Positions 45,001 through 52,700 of a stretch of 64,000 bases of DNA are shown in pieces. Below the pieces are notes generated by a model, which did no database searches, had not been told where the DNA came from, and was given only the letters and a program-made list of their open reading frames with translations. Numbering within the stretch: the stretch's first letter is position 1; every line of letters starts with the position of its first letter. The position numbers were made by a program, and so were the translations under genes. The stretch is from a virus. The stretch covers positions 32,001 through 96,000 of the IMG/VR virus record IMGVR_UViG_3300043570_002257. One strand, given 5' to 3'.

Positions 45001-47719
45001 CTCTAACAGACCATCCACCTAAATTATTTAATAACCCAAATCCATCTCCATCCCAATAAACATATCCTTTTGTTGTCCCTTCATATCCTTTTTTAAATAA
45101 TAAAGCACCACCAGTAGCTGCTGCTGATGATGTAACATTCCAATATGAAGCATTAGATGCGTAAAAGTTTGTATCGTAGAAATTACTTTTTAATCCTGTT
45201 GTTGCAGAAGTAAGTTCAAAATTACCACCTGATGTGACAGTTGAACCAAATTCTGCTATACCTGAACCATATAAGTTAATAGCATTAACAGTACCCGCAG
45301 CATTACTAATCCTTATTGCAGGTAAACTATTACTTCCATTTTGAATATATAAACCATAACCAGTAGCAGATGTGTTTTGAAGATAACCTACAAAATAACC
45401 TGCATTTGATTTAGTTGCATTAAATACCTCTCCACTTTGTAATCCTGCATTTGAAAAACTTGTTGCGGTAACTGAAGATGAGAATGTAGCTGCACCTGAT
45501 GGACCAATTGCCATACCATTTGAAGCAGTATTGCAACCAAAATAGGCAAATGTACCATAAGCATCTATAACAGCTGTTCCATTTGTGTTTTGTCCAATAG
45601 AAAAAGTTCCTATATTATATACTGTACCAGTTCTTGTATGGTTTCCTGTTAAAGGAAGATATAAACCAGCATGATTACCCCAGCCAAAAGCTGTATCCCA
45701 ATTTGCATTATTATATCCTGATACAGAAATTGTAAGTTCTTGAGGACTTGCACTACCATTAGCTGTAATACTAATACCACTTCCTGATACAAAATTAACT
45801 GTATCTAATCCTACAGCTGTAAGTTTTTGTACTCCATCAACTTTCCAATATTTGAATGTTGAATTCATTGCAACTTTTGCAATTCCTGCAGAAGGATTTG
45901 TTACATCAAAACCTGAATCTTCATCAAATTGTAAAATATTTATTCCACTATAACTTTCTGTTGCAGTTCCAGCAATATTTACTTGCTGTACAGAAATTGT
46001 TGGAGATGGAATTTGAGAAATTGCTGTAGTTACATATGTTTGAGTAGCATAAGTGTTTGAATCTATGCTACCATCTGCTTTTAAAAATTGTACTGAAGTT
46101 CCTCCTGCTTTAACAAAAGAGTTACCTGTAATATTGTATGCACGCAAATCTGCATATGCAAAAGATCCATGTGATGTATCTATAAAAGGTGATGCATCTG
46201 GTTCAGGTGTATATCCTTTAAAGAATTTCCATGTGTTATCTGTTGCATCTCTAAATAAACCAGTGTGTGCGTATGTACCATCATTGTAACCACCTGCAAA
46301 ACCAAGATCTGGATTTACTGATGTTTTTGCTCTAGCAGTTCCACCAGAAACATAAAGACCAACTACACCAAATGCAATTGTAAATGAGTTTGTAGATACT
46401 GCAGTAATAGTTTGATTTGTCAAGTTGTAAACACTTGGGTCTACACCTGAAATTGTAACAAGCATACCTGCAGTATAGTTATGTGATTCCAGTGTAGTAT
46501 ATACTACTGTGGATCCATTACCTACAACGTTTGTAATTGTTGTTTGAATACCATTGTTCAGATAAATCATATTATCTGAAACTGATAAGTTTTGGGCGTT
46601 TACAATTGTGCTTGTACCACCAATTGTTAAGTTGCCTGCAATGTTAATGTCACCACCAACATATAAATTTTTTGTAATACCAACACCTCCATTAACAACA
46701 ACTGCTCCACTTGAAACTGAAGTTGATTGGGTGGTGTCAGAAAATGTTTTAATACCAGCAATACTTTCGTTGCCAGTTGTATGAACTACATTTGCATCAT
46801 TTGCTGCAGTGTATCCTAAAAGAGTTGCAACTGATTTTGGTTTGTATAAACTTGTAGATGATTCATATGCTATTACATAATTGTTTTGAACGCCATTTTC
46901 TACATAATCATGTAGTTCTTTCATTTCAAAACCATTCTGTACTTTTACAAAGATCTCACCATTGTTTGTGTTTACTCTTGTAACAACACCAATAAATACT
47001 AAGTGTGCAGGAGCAGAAGGTTTGTTTAGTAAACCATAAATTAAATTTCCACCAGTACCTAACCAAACAGGATCACCAGCGTTTGCACCATTTGTATTTA
47101 AACCTGCAAGTAGACCTTCTGTCAAAACTCTTGCCATACCGTTTGTAGAAACAGTAGACATCAAAAGACCTATTGTCTTAGAAGATGTAGATTCAGAAGC
47201 ATTAGATGCTAAACCAACAATCATGTTAGTTCCATCTGCACCTGTTACATAAACAGCTTGGCCTTTATTTATTGCCACACCTGCTTTTACTTCATGACTT
47301 AAAGAATCAGAAGAAACAAAACTTGGAAATGTTTGATATGCACCAGTACCATCTATGTACTGAGAAACTGTTCCAGTAGGATTGTTGTATTTTGCATCAA
47401 GAGCTGCCTGTAAATCTGTTTGAGTAGAAAGTGTTCCAGTAATGGAACCCCATGTGATAGATGATACACTAATTGTACCATCAATACCCACAGATAATCC
47501 TGAACCTATCTTAACACCACCCAATACAGATGCAGACGCAATACTTAATGTAATCGTTACATCACCAGTACCTGGATTTACACCAGTTGAAGATAATGTC
47601 AAGCCCGTTCCAGCAATGACTTTTGTAATCAAAGCTGAACCTGAAGTAGTAGTGTTTATATCACTTCTTATAATGTTCAGAGGTCTTATCTGAGACTTCC
47701 TAACTAGAGTTATTGACAT
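42047..47719 (-). CDS. Second giant tail fibre with Peptidase_S74 chaperone
   Basis: APGALDTLNELAAALGDDPNFATT, SSLKLKENI...GLIAEEV...LIGAVKEL. Confidence 0.9.
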   Translation of the reverse strand: MSITLVRKSQIRPLNIIRSDINTTTSGSALITKVIAGTGLTLSSTGVNPGTGDVTITLSIASASVLGGVKIGSGLSVGIDGTISVSSITWGSITGTLSTQTDLQAALDAKYNNPTGTVSQYIDGTGAYQTFPSFVSSDSLSHEVKAGVAINKGQAVYVTGADGTNMIVGLASNASESTSSKTIGLLMSTVSTNGMARVLTEGLLAGLNTNGANAGDPVWLGTGGNLIYGLLNKPSAPAHLVFIGVVTRVNTNNGEIFVKVQNGFEMKELHDYVENGVQNNYVIAYESSTSLYKPKSVATLLGYTAANDANVVHTTGNESIAGIKTFSDTTQSTSVSSGAVVVNGGVGITKNLYVGGDINIAGNLTIGGTSTIVNAQNLSVSDNMIYLNNGIQTTITNVVGNGSTVVYTTLESHNYTAGMLVTISGVDPSVYNLTNQTITAVSTNSFTIAFGVVGLYVSGGTARAKTSVNPDLGFAGGYNDGTYAHTGLFRDATDNTWKFFKGYTPEPDASPFIDTSHGSFAYADLRAYNITGNSFVKAGGTSVQFLKADGSIDSNTYATQTYVTTAISQIPSPTISVQQVNIAGTATESYSGINILQFDEDSGFDVTNPSAGIAKVAMNSTFKYWKVDGVQKLTAVGLDTVNFVSGSGISITANGSASPQELTISVSGYNNANWDTAFGWGNHAGLYLPLTGNHTRTGTVYNIGTFSIGQNTNGTAVIDAYGTFAYFGCNTASNGMAIGPSGAATFSSSVTATSFSNAGLQSGEVFNATKSNAGYFVGYLQNTSATGYGLYIQNGSNSLPAIRISNAAGTVNAINLYGSGIAEFGSTVTSGGNFELTSATTGLKSNFYDTNFYASNASYWNVTSSAAATGGALLFKKGYEGTTKGYVYWDGDGFGLLNNLGGWSVRVNYGGSYGGSLYGNWESSGTFTAVSLIKSGGTSTQYLMADGSTSTLTNPITGTGTTNYLPKFTGASALGNSLLQENATTIGLGVTPLNAYSDSRVLEIGANGIIWTENATNLYNSISVGLNYYYNWAGSPLYKNTGLASTRYSQYLGEHQWSNAPSGTAGNAVTFTQRMTLTASGQLLLGTTASGSYLLDVNGTGRFTGQVVSNTQFYAIGTPPVNSGALMNIRDTNADGANVSFGGVFFNSSPGTDYSIGKLSENGVGFLQIRNGNNGAELLRIASTGAATFSSTVNATSFTANNRTILTSGGIYDNATNGNDIGFGFGAGVIISTNGVGTYSAQNLGNATYPWYSATFLSTVTASSFSGGVYPYNSILGSGADASTGTVFAGSTNGYVSSINVAGGGATNPNTIIFKTASVERLRINTNITDLTGSFNISEKLGVTGVASVGAKKLSMGILDLNTGVTPTQFKIKTNIPWNYGGSDFTVNIKGFRYGASQMVSLSIGWHYYNSEFYSRNAISNGAWSPIITLAKSSDGFVIIHLPDPGYWAKMYVESVFSSNSADSYTTGWTWTDADLSDCTLIQTVPYKALATHITGNSATTSQTNFTTLTLNSAAVATQSWVQSQAYLTTYTDTLASVTGRGATTSVPITITGSEGREVAVYIPSTYTTDDLVSGHEYGWYSDHWRLGMTRSGGAAGADFVIQWNGTRKLSLTNSGDVTITGTISTVAGNSTQWNTAYGWGNHASAGYATTAYVTTQINNLIDAAPGALDTLNELAAALGDDPNFATTVTSSIAGKVSKAGDVITTSNNYGLVIDHSPLLDDFVDALLLRSTTSGQRAQMGFATVDTDGNHHRASIRAYKGASNYEGVFGIAVRQPGGTHLQRLTLDYLGNLTIGGALTESSSLKLKENINTITGNLEKVLDLRPVAYNKIGSTIKELGLIAEEVAETYPEFVQYDENGEAIGVNYSRLTTVLIGAVKELSDKIKKLETK

Positions 47720-47742
47720 ATCTTAAGTAATTATAATTTTTT

Positions 47743-48312
47743 TTATGGTATTGTTATTTTGTAATCAACAGTCAACAAATCATCAGTTGCAGGAGGTGTG
47801 AAAAATTGGATCATGTTTGGACCAACTTCATCATAATCATATCCTGCACCAAGTGTTTGTCTAATACCATTAATGTACACTCTTGTGCTATCAGGCACGT
47901 ATATACTTCTTAATTGAAAAGCTGAGTTGATACCATTTCTAGTACCAACAATATCATAATCATAATCAGTTATGTCTACAATTGAAGACGCGTCTGAATA
48001 GACATTACCATTTATATCAACTTTTAAAACACCAGCATCTAAAGAAGTAAAAGCAACAGAACCATTGACAGCTAATCCGCCAAGAGTTAAGCTTAATGTT
48101 GTGATGTTATCATTTGCAAGTACTTGGTCTATACCAATACTAGAAGACGCAGCACCAAGGTCAGAAAGCATTTCAATTGCTGTTCTGAATTTAACACCTT
48201 TGGTGGAAGGGTCATAAACTAAAAATTTGTCAGCCACAATTCCCAAGTTAGGGAGATTGTGAACTGACAGCATTCCTCTTATTAATAAATCTGCTTCTAC
48301 TCTACGACTCAT
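47743..48312 (-). CDS. Virion structural protein
   Basis: C-terminal VYINGIRQ...DY...F..PP...LTVDY beta domain. Confidence 0.65.
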   Translation of the reverse strand: MSRRVEADLLIRGMLSVHNLPNLGIVADKFLVYDPSTKGVKFRTAIEMLSDLGAASSSIGIDQVLANDNITTLSLTLGGLAVNGSVAFTSLDAGVLKVDINGNVYSDASSIVDITDYDYDIVGTRNGINSAFQLRSIYVPDSTRVYINGIRQTLGAGYDYDEVGPNMIQFFTPPATDDLLTVDYKITIP

Positions 48313-48359
48313 GTAAATATTTTTTTGTGTCTAACACATTGTTTTGTTATATTATCTGA

Positions 48360-49538
48360 TTAGATAATAACAACCTTGAACTCATTCAACATTGGTGGAA
48401 GTGCAAATATTAATTGAACATCATTTGCTGTTGTAGCAATAACTTCACACTCAATTAATTCTGCTGGGAAATTTGCTTCAAAAACTTGAACATGCACATT
48501 ATCCCCTTTTCCATGATTAATATTAAATACAGTTGCAATACCATCACCAATAAGTGTAGAATACTTTAATGTTGTAGTATTTACAGCAGTAACGTGACCA
48601 AAGGTATCAACACTAATATTTTGTATAACTTGGCTTAATACATTTGAAGTTGTAGCTGCAGTTGATGTATCTGTGTGAGCTACAGTAACTTGACCACCAC
48701 TTACTGTTACAGTAATACCTGCACCAGCTACTACGTTAGGTGGATCATTTGTAGTTAAGATGTTATAGAATGTTGAACCATCAGTAGTTAATTGCCACTT
48801 GTCAGTAGTTTCATTCCAAATTAAAGAAACATTTGTTAATGTTCCACGTTCAACTTCAATACCAGCATTTTCTGTAGGAGCAGATCCTGTATAGTTACTG
48901 TTTAATGTGACAATATTATCAGCAAGAAGTACAGTTTCTGTGTTTACAGTTGTGGTAGTTCCGTTTACTACAAAGTTAGCATTGATAATAATTTCAGAAC
49001 CATTGAACTGAATAGGCGAGTTCTTTAAGTTACCAGCTGCACCATCCCAAATAGGTAAAGTATTATCACTCAAGTTAGCTGCATTTTTAAATGCTACACT
49101 TGGAGTAGAACCTTCACCACCAGAGTTTGATACAGTAATACCAGTACCAGATGTAACACCTGCTACATAATCACCTGTAGTATCAGTACCAAGGGCAACA
49201 CTATTTGCTGCAATTGTAACTGCTACTGTTAATGCTCCAGAAACATATGCTGCTGTACCAGTAACATCACCTGAAAGATTAATGCTATTTAAACTTTTTT
49301 GTAACTTACCAAGAGATGTAATAACAGTGTCAGCACTAGTGATAGCTGCTGCTGTTCCTGCAACAGAGTAAGTTGTTAAGGTTCTGTCAAGTACTAAGTC
49401 TATGACTGTACCTGTGCTATCTTTCTTGGTTAACCAACCATTTAAGATGTAGGCTTTTACAAAACCTTCACTTGGATTACTAAATGTAGCACCATTGAGT
49501 TCAGGAAGCTGTAAAGGCACTAAGAATTTTGATGCCAT
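48360..49538 (-). CDS. Tail/fibre-associated structural protein
   Basis: TTTVN...DNIVTLN...AGIEVERG...WNETTDKW module; VDTFGHVT. Confidence 0.7.
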   Translation of the reverse strand: MASKFLVPLQLPELNGATFSNPSEGFVKAYILNGWLTKKDSTGTVIDLVLDRTLTTYSVAGTAAAITSADTVITSLGKLQKSLNSINLSGDVTGTAAYVSGALTVAVTIAANSVALGTDTTGDYVAGVTSGTGITVSNSGGEGSTPSVAFKNAANLSDNTLPIWDGAAGNLKNSPIQFNGSEIIINANFVVNGTTTTVNTETVLLADNIVTLNSNYTGSAPTENAGIEVERGTLTNVSLIWNETTDKWQLTTDGSTFYNILTTNDPPNVVAGAGITVTVSGGQVTVAHTDTSTAATTSNVLSQVIQNISVDTFGHVTAVNTTTLKYSTLIGDGIATVFNINHGKGDNVHVQVFEANFPAELIECEVIATTANDVQLIFALPPMLNEFKVVII

Positions 49539-49607
49539 AATATTTTATGTTTATATGTTAATTGTTACAAATTTATATCAGAACAGGCATTTCTGAAGAA
49601 ATGGCGT

Positions 49608-49625
49608 CCTCTACTATAATATAAG
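49608..49625 (-). promoter_or_regulatory. Putative late promoter
   Basis: CTTATATTATAGTAGAGG on the minus strand, upstream of the structural operon. Confidence 0.5.
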
Positions 49626-49671
49626 AAATAATCCAGAAATATCTATAAAATACTTGCATAATTTGAGAATA

Positions 49672-49695
49672 ACTAGTCACAATTTGTGACCAGTT
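49672..49695 (-). terminator. Hairpin after the cargo gene
   Basis: aactagtcacaa-t-ttgtgaccagtt, near-perfect inverted repeat. Confidence 0.5.
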
Positions 49696-49701
49696 GCTCA
49701 A

Positions 49702-52700
49702 TTACTGCTTACCTTTCATTTGATCTATGATGTAATTAGGATTTATTGTGTTCCTTATATTTTTAATACCAGTCAAATCAATGATGTCTTTTCCTACTTT
49801 AGCATCTCCTTTTTCATATGCTCCATACTTACGTCCATAGAATGCATCTTTCCAAACTTCTTGGTAGAATTCACTATCATAAGCTGGATCAGGTTCTTCT
49901 CCACCATTGATTGTCATTGCAACTCCATAGTTTAAAGCGTGAGATGCAAATTTTTTAACTGTTTGTAATTCTCTAAGGTATGTTGTTGCTGTGGTAAAGT
50001 TCTTAATATACTCATCTCCTCCAGCTCCTACAGGCCACATTGCTAAAGTTTCACCCTTAACACCCCATAAAAGTCTAATAGCATTACCCTCAAGCATACC
50101 TAATTCTTCATCCTCATCATCTTTTTTACGCACATACATCAGTGCCATTCTACCAAGAACTGCAAGAATTATCATTGCAATCATATCTCTTCTAGCCTGA
50201 CCAACCTTTTTAGTTAAGAACTGACCCATTTTATTTTCAGTATTTTTACTCATTGCCGTACTACCAAGTAGCAAATGCTTAGCAACTTCTTTAGAGCCGA
50301 ATGATTTATTAGCTAACATCAATGCTCTCCAATAACCCATTGCTGCCTCAGAACCTTCCCAGTTAGCACGTAAGTAACCAAATCTATTAAGTAGTTGAGG
50401 TACAAGATACTTTCTAAAGAAAAACAACATTTTACCTGCAATATTTTCTTCTACTTTTGTTTGGTCAGCTTTTGCGTAGTTACCTTGAGCACGTCTCATT
50501 TCAGAATAGATTGTATTTTTTATTCTGTTTTCATCTTGCTGTGTGTACTCTACATCTTTTCTTCTTATAAGCATTCCATCTTTATCTTTGATATAGATTT
50601 CATGCACAGGAACATATACATCATTTCCTTGTTCATCTTTCTGATAAACTGGATTACCTTCAGCATCATGCTTTTCTATGACCTTAAACTTATGGTGATT
50701 CATAATAGCATACATTACTGTTACTGCAATTTCTGTATCTCCTTTATCTTGCATCATAAATCCAAGTTCTTGAACATTGGTTAATTTGCCAGCAATTCTA
50801 CGTCCTTTAGAACCAGTTACTTCTGACACATACTTAATGAAATCTTTCTGTGCAGGATTAAAGAAACGATACAACATAGTGTCTTTGTTTACATCACTTA
50901 CTCTACCCCAATCTCCAAAGTATTGGTGTAAGAAACCATTGTAACCATACACCTTCTTTTTAGCCCACATGTAATCATCTCTACCATACTTATCACTATC
51001 CATACCACCCGCAGCAATAAATGCTTGTACGTTACCTGATACGTAGTTTTTAGTTTGATTGACAACATCAAAACCAATTCTGATTAAACTTGTGTATGCA
51101 AAAACAGCATTCATTCTTTTAGCAAGTGCTCTGCTTATTTGTTCTTTTGTTTCAGCTTGACCATATAAAAACTTTTTACGTTCAAACTGTAAGATTTCAA
51201 TTACGTTGTTTAGTTGTGCTAAACGTTTTCTCATATCAATCTCAATATCTTTACCACTTGCTTCATCTTTTACAATCATTGGTTTATCTTGTGCAATCTT
51301 CTTTTGAAGTTGTTCAGCAAGTAATTCTAAATGCTCAATATACATATCTGCTTGAGGAGCAACCTCTTGCATTGCAATATTATAATGTGCTTCAGTAGCG
51401 TATTTTATTACAGCTCCAATTGCATCTTGAGTTTGTATATTCTCTGGTAATTGAGTTGTAAATCTATGTCTAATTTTAGAACCATGACTACCAAAGATAT
51501 TCTCAACAGAATCAACAGCACCAACTCTTCTAACATTTCTATCCACAAACTTTTCAAACTCATCGCTTACAGCTTGTTTTAAACCTTTACCTTTTAAGTT
51601 TTCAATTGTAGATGCACTATATCCAGGAACCATGTAACCAATTTTAACTCCTTCAATTCTTGCTTGAAGATTAAAAAACATCTTCATAGTATCATTGTAA
51701 AAAGAAAAAAGTTCTTCATCTTTCATCAACTCATTATACTTAGGATTAACATTAGCAGAATTCTGATAAGCAGGATCAACTACATAATGTCCATCACTAT
51801 TCTTTTGAATTGCTTTTGGCATTGGCATACCATCAGGTGATTTTAAAAAGTCTGGATTTTTAGATGTTTCTTTTAAACGTTTTATCTTATACTTAGGATG
51901 AGGCACAGTCTCCATGTATTCTTGTTCAACAGCAGGAGCTGGCATCTTCTCATAATTATAATTTTTAGGTTGTCTATTATTTCTAATATCATACCCAGTA
52001 AGAATGCTATCATATTTGTTATCATGATGCATGTTATACCATTTTTCAAAATCAACTTCTTGTTGTCCAAATTGTCTTTCTTCAAAGATCAATGCTTCTT
52101 CAGCTTCTTCAACTGCTTTCTTATCACCAGATGTTCTAGCAACTGCAAGTTTGTTTTCAGCTTCAATGATTGAATTCTTATGAGCATACAAAGATTTTAC
52201 TTTAACTTCAAAGGCGTCATTGTAAGAGTCACTAAGTTTTAAAGCAACAATGCGTTTAATACTTTGTGTAATATCACTTGAACGTTTTTTCTCTTCTGGT
52301 GAAAGTCTTCCTGCAGTTTTACTTTTGCTTGTAATAATATCTTCAATTTTTGCATCAAGTAAACTTAACTCATCTATCTCTATCTGACTTAAATACTGTG
52401 GTTTAATTCTACCACCTATTTTGTAAGGATTTAAGATGTTTCTTCTTTGCTGCATTAAATCTGTAATCTCAGGATCTGAACCAAATAACTCAGCACGTGC
52501 TTCATATAAAGCAGCTAGTTCTTCATACCATTCACTCTTAGGTCTAGTAACAGTATTTCTTTTCTTCCACTTTTCCCATTCTTCTGGAAACTCAGTTTCA
52601 TATTTAGTTCTAGCGTTAAACTCCATTCTATCATAGTATGACTGATTTACATCAAACTCAAACAGGTTATTAAACTCTGCCATAAGTTCTGCATACTTTG

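Noticed and set aside
35494-47719. Diversity-generating retroelement or invertase shufflon acting on the fibres
   Set aside because: No reverse transcriptase or recombinase in the window; the repeats differ at synonymous positions rather than adenine-specifically and are all in direct orientation
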